A stretch of 64,000 nt of DNA from the human T2T-CHM13v2.0 reference genome, Homo sapiens. The notes beneath the pieces were generated by a model. It was not told where the DNA came from, did not search any database, and was given only the letters and a program-made list of their open reading frames with translations. The DNA is taken from NCBI RefSeq assembly GCF_009914755.1, contig NC_060947.1. One strand, 5' to 3'. Position numbers and translations under genes: made by a program. Shown one piece after another: positions 46,462-64,000 of this stretch (the first letter of the stretch is position 1; every line of letters begins with the position of its first letter).

Positions 46462-48380
46462 AAAAATAGCTGTTTTTTTTTTTTTTTCAAAAGAGGAGTA
46501 GATATCCACAGAGGATGGCATGGCTTTGCTGAAAATCCTAAGGGTATGTACTATGAGGCAACTATAGGTATCTGCCAAAGATTTCAAATGGCATCCCTAT
46601 CTGCCAACGAAACTTTAAGGATTATTGGATGTGCTAGATCATATGACTCAAGTGGCAGAGTAGCTTGCACAGCAGCCCAGACCTGTTGCAGTGACTTCTT
46701 GGGCCCTACTCAAAACTATCAGCTTCTCGTGTCATTTGGTAGATGAGCTAGAGTAACATATCAACATGATTGATATGATTCCTTCAAAATATCTCCAGAG
46801 ATGCAGTATTGTTTTTAGTATACTATCTTCCTGTGAGGAATCTGTTCTATTAGCTTCCACTTGCCCTTTCCCACCATAACATTACCCCACTCCACAGTTC
46901 AGGATAGCAATGTATGGATTCTGCCAGATGCTGAGTGTGCCTACTCTAAATATGCATTCAGGAACTGGGGAAATGACCACTGGATGATTTCAGGAACACA
47001 CAGGGCTCAATGTAAGATGAACCTGAGCTAAAACTCCACTGATTTCCTGACCATTACAAGCCTCCACTTTGACTAGTGGCCTATAGTAATGTTTTGCGTC
47101 TCCTGGAATTAGTGCCAGCTCAGAGCCAGTGTCCCTGAAAGATAGTATTATTTCCTTTTCCCCAAATGCACACTTACACTGGTGAAAGACTGTAGATCTC
47201 TTTAGGGAAGGCTGAGAGAAATTAACAGTATGTATTTTTGTCAATGTACTAAGGACCCAGCCACCCGTTCATTCAAGGTGTTCTGGGACTATTAACATAG
47301 AGAATAAGCCAATATCAAAATTACATTACAAGGGAAAATACTACCATTTCATTTCCTACTCTAGACCTAGAATCTTTTAACAAACCATTGTAGTGGTTAT
47401 TTTGTTTGGTTTTGGTTCTGTTTTTGTGAAGCAGATTCTCAAAGTAAGACACACTCACTGTAGAAATGTGGAAGACACATTATGCATTTCAAAGATAATC
47501 ACTACTCTGATTTTCAAAATTTTAATACCTTTTCAAAAAGTATTTATAAAAATTAACTATTAATATTTGCACATATGTTTAGAATATACAATTTAGAGCA
47601 ACTAATTTCAAATAGATTCCTTTTTAATTCATGGTTTTTAAATTTAATAATTATTTTTAATCTAAGATTTATTTAATAGATTGAGTCCTCAGATTATGTA
47701 AAAAGTTTCATTAGATCTAGACAATTTTTGGTAAACAATCTCAGGTCTGTGCTTCTGGAAATTCAGAACTATAAAGAAGTTAGTACACTGATAGCCTTTA
47801 ATTATAATCTTTGCTAAATTTTAAGAGGAACTTATAATTCACACAACAAAAATGGATTGTGGAAGTAAAAATAAAATGTGTCAGAAGTCATAACCTAGCA
47901 AGCTCAATTTGGAGTGTTCCCTTCTGATTCTGCCAGTTATTTTTCTTTCCATAAAGAAGAAAAATAAACACTTTCTATGGCATGTAGTTTTCTACTCCGT
48001 ATAGTTTATCATCTAAGATCCCATAAGCAACAGTAGAGTATCTTCAGAGCTGTGGCACCCTCAAGTCTGCATGTATTCTTTGTCTAATCAGGACAGGAAG
48101 GTTTTCTTTTTTCTCTGTGACTCCTCTTATCATTACTTGTCTCAATATCGGAAGTCCAGCAATAACGTAAATATGTGGTAGAAATAAATAGTCAAGATTT
48201 AACTTTAGTTACTGAGTTTTGGCATGGTTTGAACTTAGAGTTCTACTTTACTTGTAGGAAAATGGTAGAATTCCAGGAAGAGAATTAGGTAAATGTACAC
48301 ATAAAAATCTAATAAATATTCTGAAATACATACATACATATATACATATATATGTATAAAGGTATTCTGGTATCTTTTGG

Positions 48381-51345
48381 ATTTTTTATTATAGTAAAAT
48401 ACACATAACATAAAATTCACAATTTTAACCGTTTTCAGTTGTACAGTTTTTGGCACAGAGTATATTCACATAATTATGCAATCATCACCATTGTTCATCT
48501 TTAGAACTTTTTTATCTTCAAAAACTGAAACTCTTTACCAATTAAACAATAATTCTCAATTCTGCCTTTCTCCAGCCACTGGAAACCACCATCCTACTTT
48601 CTTCCTCAATAAATTTGACCACTCTAGGTATCTCCAATAAGTGGATTCATGCAATCAATATTTGTGCTTTAGTGTTTGGCTTACTTCATATAGCATAATG
48701 TCTTCGACATTGTGCTATATATGTTGTATGTTTGTAACATGTATCAGAGTTTCCTTCCAGTGGATATGTATGTATGTATATAACAAATATGGTTTATCCA
48801 TTCATCTGGTGATGGATATTTGGATTGTTTCTACCTTTGGGCTTTTGTAAAGAATGCTTCTGTGAACATTGGCGGACAAATATCTGTGTGAGTCCCTGCT
48901 TTAATTCCTTCGGGTATGCAACCAGAAGTAAAATTATTGGATCAAATGTTAATTCTATGCTTAATTTTTTGAGACTTTTTTTGTCAAAAATCATTTGGTC
49001 ATATATATAAGAGCTTATTTCTGAAATCAGTATTTTATTATACTTGTCTATGTTTTGGACTTTATGTCCATACCCCACTGTTTTGAATACTACAGCTTTG
49101 TGGTTAATTTTCATATTAGGAAGTGTGAACCTTTCAAATTGTTATTCTTTTTCAAGCTTCTTTTGGCTATTCAAGGTCCCTTGAAATTTCGAATAAATTT
49201 TAGAATGAGTTGTACTGTTTCTGCAAAAGTGTTGGGATTTTGACAAGTATTGCATTGAAGCTGTAGATCTTGTTTTGATTATATTAACATTTTAACAATA
49301 TTTTCTTTCAATACATGAACATGGATGTCTTTCTATTTATTTGTGGTTGATTTATTTGACCAATGTTTTGTAGTTGTTAATTTAAATGTCTTTTGCTTCA
49401 TTGTTTATGTTTATTCCTAAGTATTATATTCTTTTTGATGATCTTGCAAATTGTTTTTTTTTCATAATTTCCTTTTTCAATTGCTTAATTTTAGTGTAGA
49501 GGAACATAACTGATTGTTCATGTTGATTTTAAATCCTGTAAATTTGCAAGATGTAAAATTTGTTTAAGTGCAACAGTTTTTTGTGGGTTCTTTAGGATTT
49601 TCTACATATAAGATCATGTTATCTGTGAACAGAGGTAATTTACTTCTTTCTTTCCAATCTGGATGTGTTGTATCTTTTTTTTTTAATTTTTGCCCAATTT
49701 CTCTGGCTAAAACTTCTAATACTATGTTGAACAGAAGTAGTGAAACCAAAAATCTTTGTTTCTGATCTCAAAGAAAATGCTTTAAGCTTTTCACTACTGA
49801 ATATAATGTGCACTTTGGGGTTTTTTCAGCTATGGCTTTTATGATATTTAATTAATTTTTTCTAGTCCTAGTATGTTGAATGTTTTTATCTGAAAAAGAT
49901 GTGGAATTTTGTCATATGCTTTTTCTGCATGAAGTAAAATGATCACATGGTGTATACCTTTCATTCTGCTAATGTGAATGAGTTCCAAATTGTCATGTTG
50001 TATAATATTTTAATAGGCTGTTAAATTAAGTTTGCTGGTATTTTTAAAGAATTTTTGTATAAATATTTTTAAGGGATTTTGATCTGTAGTTTTCTTTTCT
50101 TGTAATATCTTTGTCTGTCTTTGATTCCAAGGTAATGCTAGTTCCAAGAATGGGTGCTGACGTGTTCCATCTTTTTCAAGGTTTTGGAAGAGTCTGAGAA
50201 GAATTGTTATTAATTCTTTAAATGTTTAGTAGAATTGATCAGTGAATCCTTCTGATTCACGTCATCACTTTGCTGGGAAGATTTTGATTACTGATTTGTT
50301 CTCCGTACTACTTATCATTCTATTCAGATTTTCTATTTCTTCATGATTTGGTCTTGTTATATTATGTGTTTCCAAGAATTTATCCATGTCATCTAGTTTA
50401 TCCAATGTGTTGGTATACCGTTGTTCACAGTACTCTCTTATAATCCTTTTTATTTCTGTGATATTGGTAGTAATATCCCATTTTCATTTATGATTTCAGT
50501 AATTGGCATCATTCCTCTTTTATTGTTAGTGTAGCTAAAGCTTGTCAATATTGTAGAACTCTTTGAGGATCAACTTTTTGGTTCTGTTGATTTAATTTAT
50601 TGTTTTTATATACTCTATTTATCTCTGCTGTAGTCCTCTATTACCTTATTAATGTTAGTCTGGTTGTTTTATTCACTATTGCAAATGAGATAATGAAGTC
50701 TCTGACTTACTGTGAGCTGTGAATTTCTATGTTTCATTATGTCAATGTTTCCTTCATACATTTTCAAGCTCTGAGTTTTGGTGTATATATGTTTATAATT
50801 TTTATACCTTTTTGGTGATTTGACTCTTTTATCAAAGTATAATATTTTTCTTTGGCTCTTATACCAGTTTTTGATTTAGAGTTTATTTTGTCTAAAATAA
50901 GTATAGCCGCCCCTGCTCTCTTTTGTTTACTATTTGCATGTTATATCATTATTTATTTTTTTCAACCTACTCATCTTTTAGATCAAAATTATCCTCTAGC
51001 AAACTGCGTATAATTTAATCCATTTTTTAATTCATTCTGCAAATGTATGACTTTTGATTGGGGAATTTAACCCATTTATCATGAAAGTAATTACTAATAT
51101 AGAAAGACTTACTTTACCTTTTTTATTATTTATTTCTTTTCTGTATGTCATATCTTTTTTTTTACCTTATTTCCTCCATTAGTACCTTCTTTGCTATTCA
51201 GTTGATTTTTTGTAATAACACACTTTTAATTTTTTTATTTCCTTTTGTGCATATTCTATAGATATTGTTTGAGGTTACCATGAGAGTTATGTATAACATC
51301 CAAAGTTACAACAATCTATTTTGAATTGATAACAAGTTAGTTAAT
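48381..51345 (-). mobile_element. L1MB-type LINE-1 (3'UTR and ORF2 with internal deletions)
   Basis: 'aaaatacacataacataaaattcacaattttaacc' 3' end; ORF 49564-49749 (LLFNIVLEVLAREIGQ...LFTDNMILY) is L1 RT. Confidence 0.9.
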
Positions 51346-51354
51346 TGATAGCAA

Positions 51355-56085
<4,731 letters not shown>

Positions 56086-56094
56086 TGCTGTTTT

Positions 56095-57138
<1,044 letters not shown>

Positions 57139-57504
57139 TAAATAATTTTTGGAAATTATTATTTTCACACATCTTCAGCTATCATTAGAACTTAATTTTG
57201 CTTATTTAGTTGAAAATATATTTTATAGAACCAGAGGGGAAAAATGCAACCAACAAAAACAACAGTAAAAACAGCAAAATTATCTATACTTATCATTGAA
57301 AAACTAATTTGATTTTCAAATGTAATGTATATTAAGTAGGTTATTGGTAATTTGAAATTAACGTAATATTTTTGATTTTATAGAATTTCTTAAAGGTCAT
57401 TATGTTAAGGCACACATTGAAAATAAATAGCTTCATTTTATATTCTAAAAAACTATCATTTGAGATCAAATCCACATAGTAACTCTCTACCTTAAACTTC
57501 TCAT

Positions 57505-58400
57505 TTTTAGAAATTCAAAGCCATCCCAGACTAACAAAAGAGTTGATATGCCAGTAAACTAACGTTTTCCTCCTGAACCTTTGAGAGTACATTGCTGATA
57601 TGATGCCGTCCCATTCTGAATATTTCAGTATTTTCTATAAAAAGGACATTCTCTACTAACCACAACACTCAACATCAAAAAATTTGATATAGATAAATTA
57701 CTGCTATCTAATGTTTGAATACCATTAGAGATTTTCCAGTTGCCCCCAAAACATATTTTAAAACCCAAGGTTCCAGTTCAGAATGGTACTTTGTATTTTG
57801 TTGTCAGATCTCTTTAAGTTTCCATCAATCTCCAATAGTTCCTTAGCCTTTCCATGATTTTAATGATTTGTATACTTTTGGAAATTGCAGGCTAGTTTTT
57901 TTAATAGAATGTTTCTTAATGTGGCTAGATCTGATATTTTGTCATGGTTAGAGTTATGTTATGCATCTTTGGCAGCAATATTACATAAGTGATTTTCTTT
58001 TCTTATTGCATCCTATCAAGTGTCATATTATTTAAATTTGTTCTATGACCAATAATGTTAACTGCTATCACTTGATTAAGATGATGACTGTTCACTACCC
58101 TTTTCCACTGTGGAGGTATTCTTTATTCATCTGTAATTAATAAATATTTTATGGAGAGCTATTTTCAGAATATGTAAATATTCTGCACCAGTCTTGCAAT
58201 ATATTAATGCAGTTTTCTATATCAGTATAAATTTGTGGTTTCCTGTTTTATATGATGAGTTATAATCCATTAGTTATTTTATTATGATGCTAAAATTGAC
58301 CAAGATTTGGCTGGTGGAAGTCTTTGCAAGCTGGTTTTAGTGGTTTTTTTTTTTGACATGTCAACATCATCTGATGAGCACTTTTTTCTCCTTGCCCAAA
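57505..58400 (-). mobile_element. L1MC4/5-type 3'UTR fragment
   Basis: 'ctgaatatttcagta...aaggacattctcta', 'atgcatctttggcagcaatattacataagtg', 'tgaccaagatttggctggtggaag'. Confidence 0.7.
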
Positions 58401-58442
58401 TTATTGTTCCACCATCATCTTCAACTTTTCCTTCCCCAATCC

Positions 58443-58607
58443 TATATATATACACACACACACATATATATGATATATACATACATATATGCTATATGTA
58501 TGTATATATCATATATATTATATATACATGATATACATATTATATATACATGATATACATATTATATATACATTATATATATGATATACATACATATCAT
58601 ATATATC
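58443..58607 (+). repeat. (TA)n/(CA)n-rich low-complexity repeat
   Basis: tatatatatacacacaca...tatatatacatgatatacatat units. Confidence 0.9.
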
Positions 58608-60554
58608 TAGTAACCTGTATGATTCTACCTAGAAAATTGCATGCTTCCATATATTCTCTTTCTCTTAGCTCTTCCAAATTTATTGTTTTTTTTTTTAAAG
58701 CTATGAAATGGAGATGAGGGGTAGCAGAGAGATCATAATCTAGATGTAGCTATTTGGTCAAAGCATAAAATGTTTATAGTTAGTAATCACACTTACATAA
58801 AATTTGGCTTGTTTGTGCATAGGTTATAAGGACATACAAATGGTTACTTTTGTGGTTCATTTCTATTGCCATTAAAAGATGTACGTGTGCTTCCACAGAT
58901 GAATTACTTATAAAGATTCAAAGGCAATATAATTTCCAATGATCAAGGAGAACCAATATACAATTAAAAATAAAACTTTTCCCCAAACTTCAAAAATGGT
59001 AGAACACACACGTACACACTTACAATCAGAAGTGATGACTCTGACTTCACTTATACAATGTAACTTATTTAGCTGTAAGGTCTGCTTAAGTCAGTAATGG
59101 CAATTATTTTGCATGTTCCCTGACACTTCACATCTATAGCCATAGCTCCCATCTACTCAATCATGGCTTTCTTTCCTAATGAGAGTTGCTGTCATTGCAC
59201 ATTTGCTGTCTGCACAGCACTCCAGGCAGCCATTATCAGATGATCAGAGTTAGCATATGTGGCAAAATATATTTACTCTCTTTGGTCTATCAGCTTCAGC
59301 CAGGCAGTTTGGTGTTCAGATATTTTGGCTCAGATTATTGCTAGCTTCCAATTCAGCCACAGTAGTCACTGTTGTACAGATGGTTTGCAGGTGTTTGCTT
59401 TCTAGGAACCATCTGTTTAGATGCCATAGAATACTAATCTGTGCTTGTTGGTGTGTTTTGTCCTATTATCAGCAAATCATGCGTATGAATGATTTGATTC
59501 TTCTATTAGAAAATGAAGCCATTTTAAAACTTAGAAAAGGGAGGTAATGATAGGGAAAAGTATTACTTTATAATTCAACCTTAGAGATAAAGCTGAGTCA
59601 CAAATTTGGTTTCCTGTTTTTGAGGAGGATAAAGCTGGATGTTGTGAGAAGATGACAGGGTTAAATCAACTGACTTATCTGATTTAAGTCCAATTGTTTT
59701 TATAGGGTTACTGTGCTCATTCTAGGGTTATAGCAGAAAAAAGCTAAAGCTAAATAATCTTGCGTACAGGGTAAAAGGCAAAAGAATAATCATGATGATA
59801 TACGGAAAGTCCTTAATTGTTATTCCAAGATAAATATGTTACTAAAGGTGTATCAAAAATTTTCCTAGATGAACATTTTAGCTAATTTCTGTATTTTAAA
59901 GCTACAACTATACCATGAAATGGAACTAAACATTCAAAACTAAAAAATAAATTTCTCTTGGCCAAAGTATCTTCTTTAATAATAGGGAATAACCTTTTTC
60001 TTCCTCTCTGCACCTACTATAGTTCTCTACCCAAGGGAGGAATTCATTGTTTCCTGCCTTGTGTAGGCCTGTCATTGGCCTTAAATATTCTGAGAAAGAA
60101 TTTTAAAAACTACTGGCTTTACAGTTAAAGTATCTGGAAAGAGAATCAATCTTATTTAGTTAACATGGCCAAGATCACTGGAATAATAGATCAATTTGCT
60201 GATATTCACATGCAGACAGTATGATGGCTTAAAAGCACTTCGGAAAAAAGGCCCGTGTGTTAGTTTTATTTTGCATAAAAGGTGAGAGTTAGCTGTAGAT
60301 ATATATCACTCATGACAACGTGAGAAGGAAGTACTAAAATTAGTTATGAGGGCTGGAAACCATGCACTGGCACAATCACTGAGAACAGACTTTTGAAAAC
60401 TTTTCCGTTTTTCAAATATATAGGAGAATTTTATCAAAGTATCAGTTTTAATCATATTTAGGTAGCAAGTAGATATCGGAATTTTATTTTCTCTCTTGCT
60501 CACTGAATAGGATTATAGTTAAAAACACTATTTAATGTATAACCCACGTCATGC

Positions 60555-60850
60555 TTTTTATTATTTATTCTAATTGACAAATAATTATGTATATTTATGA
60601 GGTACATGCGATGTTTTGATCTGTGTATAATTTTAGAAAGATTAAATGATCCTTATTAACATATCCATCATCTCATCAACTTATTTTTTGTGGTAAGAAC
60701 ATTGAAAATCTATTCGTTTAAAAAATTTTGAAATGCACAACACGTCATTATTAACTCTGGTTAATAATGCATAGACCACTAAAACTTATTCCTTGAGTTT
60801 CACTGAAACTTTGTGTCCTGTGATCAACATCTCCCATTTCACACATCACA
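60555..60850 (-). mobile_element. L1MA 3'-end fragment
   Basis: 'taattgacaaataattatgtatatttatgaggtacatgcgatgttttgat...attaacatatccatcatctca'. Confidence 0.85.
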
Positions 60851-61867
60851 CTGTAAGAACACAAAAGTTTTAGAAACAGGAGCTTAATTTTTAATAAGTG
60901 CTATAAAATATAAATATATATGTAATCTCTATAAAGGAAAAACTAAAAAGCATACATTTAATTGTATATCAACATATTTATTTGAAATGAGTGTCATATT
61001 ACAAAAATGTTTGTGAGAGGAGAAAGTGGGGGTGAAAAAGCAATAGTGCGAGAGAGATAACTTTGCTCTAATGTAGGCATAAATAAATTTTTTCTTTTGT
61101 TACTAATTATAGAACAATACGGAATGTTTGAAGTACCCGTGGAAGTGAGAAATAGCTTGTTTGAGCTAAATATTCACAGATATGAAATGAAATATAAACC
61201 TACCAATGAATGAAAATATCTGGGGACATTGGTAGAAAATATATTTTAATTTACTTGATTTTCTCTCCCACAGTACACCACAAAACAGGCCCTTAATTTA
61301 CTTCTTTTTAGGACTTAGCAAAGAGGTAAATAGACTATCCGTTAGGTGTGATATTTTCTTTCACCAATTCCATGGGACATCCAAGACCTTATCATCACAA
61401 TATTGGTTAAAGTATGGCAGCAGTAAATGTCATGTCTGTCATGCTTAGCTGTACTGAGACAATTTGTGTTAGATTTACTCTGAGTAAATGTCAGTGCCAT
61501 TGGGAGTGTCTAGAAAAAGTAATTTTTTTCTACTGATAAGTACTTGACAATAAATTTTCTGGCAAGTACAATAGCAGCAAGCTAATGATTGAGTCTTGCT
61601 TCTTGTAAAGATATGAAGACTATAGTGTAGTTCATTTAATTTGTCAGTAAGGATCACAGATACTGATTCTATGTGAATATTTTATGTAGAATTGCACATC
61701 AATTTAAGGATTTCATGAAAAAAACTACTTTTTTTGTCTAATGACCTTGTTCGCAATATAATAAATGATTTCATGTAATGCCATCTATTTTCCTGCCTTG
61801 GTAATACAAGGACAGGCTACAAGTTACATTCTTGATAGCCTTCCATGCATACAGAAAAAGAAAGTAA

Positions 61868-62168
<301 letters not shown>

Positions 62169-62489
62169 TGACTATTGCCATCTTTAACCATTGCTTTCAT
62201 TCTTTGAAACAGTCTCTAGAGGTGACTCTAAGTATCATTTCTGTCAGACATAAGAGGACAAAAGACTAGGTGGGGTGTTCTCCAATAAGAGGATATAATG
62301 AATTGAAGGAAAAGACTCCCCTCTTCATATTAGGAAACCATAGAATTGGTATAATTTGACCCACAAAGAGAAAGAGAAAAGAAAGTGTATTGTATACAAA
62401 ATACTGACAAAAATAATAAACTTTTCCTGCACCTCTCCCTCCAGAAAATAATAATTTTACACATCTCTTGACATCAACACTATGATAAT

Positions 62490-62710
62490 TAATAGTATGG
62501 GGTTTGGAGTATAGTATGGCTCTATCACTTCCTAGCCATGCAACTTTGAGTATACTATTCAACCTCTTTGAGTTTCAAATTTCTGACCTAAAAAGCAGAA
62601 AAATTATAGTACTTACCTAAGACATTTATTTGGAAGCTTAAATGAAAGAATGTCTGTAAGCCATTGAGAACAATGTATGAAAAATAGTAGCTGTACAATT
62701 AACGCTAGGC
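62490..62710 (+). mobile_element. MIR
   Basis: 'ggctctatcacttcctagccatgcaactttgag...ttcaacctctttgagtttca...aattatagtacttacct' is the MIR core. Confidence 0.8.
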
Positions 62711-63944
62711 AATATAGAGAGCTCAATAAATACCTCCTCACTTGCACACCAAATTCCAATACCATTTGAAAGATATAAGAATCATACAAATGGGGATTAA
62801 AACATCAACTATATTTTAAGCATATGTGAGAATGTGGCTTTGGATTCTCTTTCAAATGGATTTTCTAATACTTTCCTCTCTATATCTCAACCCAATATAT
62901 TGATTTACGTAGGCATGGGAAGTGCTGAATTGCAGGAAAAAGGCTACCTATCCTAATAAACTTACCACACTGCAAAGAACACACAAGACTGTACCTTATC
63001 TGCAGTCAAGCACATCCAAGAAAGAGAGAAAAGAACTGAGCTCAGTTCATTAGCTAAAACTAAATAATCAGGTAAATCATTCCTTTGGTTGTTCCCTTTT
63101 TCTGAGTGAGTAAGAAATGAGGATAGGATAAACATTTCATAAGTTTATATGATCTTATAATCATATAAAAAATCCTAAAAATCTAAATAGAGACAGATAC
63201 CTATATATATAGAAGAAATTTGTAGAACTCAGCATTTTCTAACCATGATCACATTGTATTTTTCTCCTTGACTCTTACTTGTCTGTTTCATTATACCAGT
63301 CCCAATGATGTGATGGTGCCAACAATTTATTTTGTCTTCATTCACTTGTGTGCATCTTTTAGATATGTACTCAGCCTTGGATTGCCTCTTTTCTACATCA
63401 AGCTCTTTTCATCATTTTTAAATTGGTTTCACAAGCAATGGAGGTGTTTGCTAGAATGGCTTTTCACCCCAACAGCCGAGAGGCAAAACTTAGACTGTTT
63501 TTCCAGACCTTTTATTCCTGAGAAACTAGTTTCCATGAGAAAGTAGTCTTAAAAGCAAAACACATAAAAGTAGAGTGTTCTGTGATGAACATATCAGAAC
63601 AAAAGGTGAATGGCTCCTTCTGGCAATATAACTATCACAATGTTAACATCGGGCTCAATTTCTTGCCGTCTTTCTTGAGTCAGTGACCATGAAATGAAGA
63701 GGAAGATGCTCCAAAATTAAAAGACAAACTTCAATCGTGGAGCAGTTTCTGTGAGATAACATTTCTGGAATGCTAGAAGGACCTATTATTTTGAGAAGGA
63801 GTACTTCGGATGGGCTTATCTATTAAAGCATATCATTTCTTTTTACCACTAAAAATACACATATCTGCTCTCAAAGCAGTTCAAGAAAATCATGTAAAAT
63901 GATATGGGTGCAGACTTTGCTCTCAAAACAGTACAACTAAAATT

Positions 63945-64000
63945 TTTTTCAAGTTTTATTTTGTTTTTAATTGACATAATAATTGTACATATTTATGGAG
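63945..64000 (-). mobile_element. L1MA 3' end (continues beyond window)
   Basis: 'tttttaattgacataataattgtacatatttatgg'. Confidence 0.8.

Larger units (their letters stand above)
45060..47290 (-). mobile_element. ERV-L internal (pro/pol) remnant with deletions and two Alu insertions
   Basis: ORF 46990-47244 contains DTGSELALIPGD (ERV-L protease DTG motif); minus strand 'gtgaaaatatttgtgtcccttgtgagtgttcactaaagg' matches the RNase H region. Confidence 0.85.

Noticed and set aside
46990-47244. Domesticated retroviral protease
   Set aside because: Short frame in a deleted, frameshifted ERV-L relic, with no sign of preserved coding capacity.

Overview
AT-rich, CpG-depleted simian primate genomic DNA (AluJ/S/Y, THE1, MST and LTR12 point to a catarrhine, probably human or ape). 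It reads as intergenic or deep intronic and is mostly a nested graveyard of decayed transposable elements: several old L1MA/MB/MC/ME copies (one nearly full length at ~24767-33402), 11 Alus plus 3 Alu monomers, about 10 solo LTRs, an ERV-L internal fragment, MER58A and Tigger3 DNA transposons, L2/MIR fragments and simple repeats. I find no supportable host protein-coding exon, RNA gene or CRISPR array. The supplied ORFs are TE remnants or chance ORFs. I see no convincing novel biological system. The most interesting signal is structural: three separate short (100-270 bp), same-orientation, non-tandem local copies of nearby sequence, plus microhomology-joined deletions and inversions inside L1s. 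Family and subfamily names come from remembered consensus sequences, not from a search. Boundaries without a TSD are approximate.
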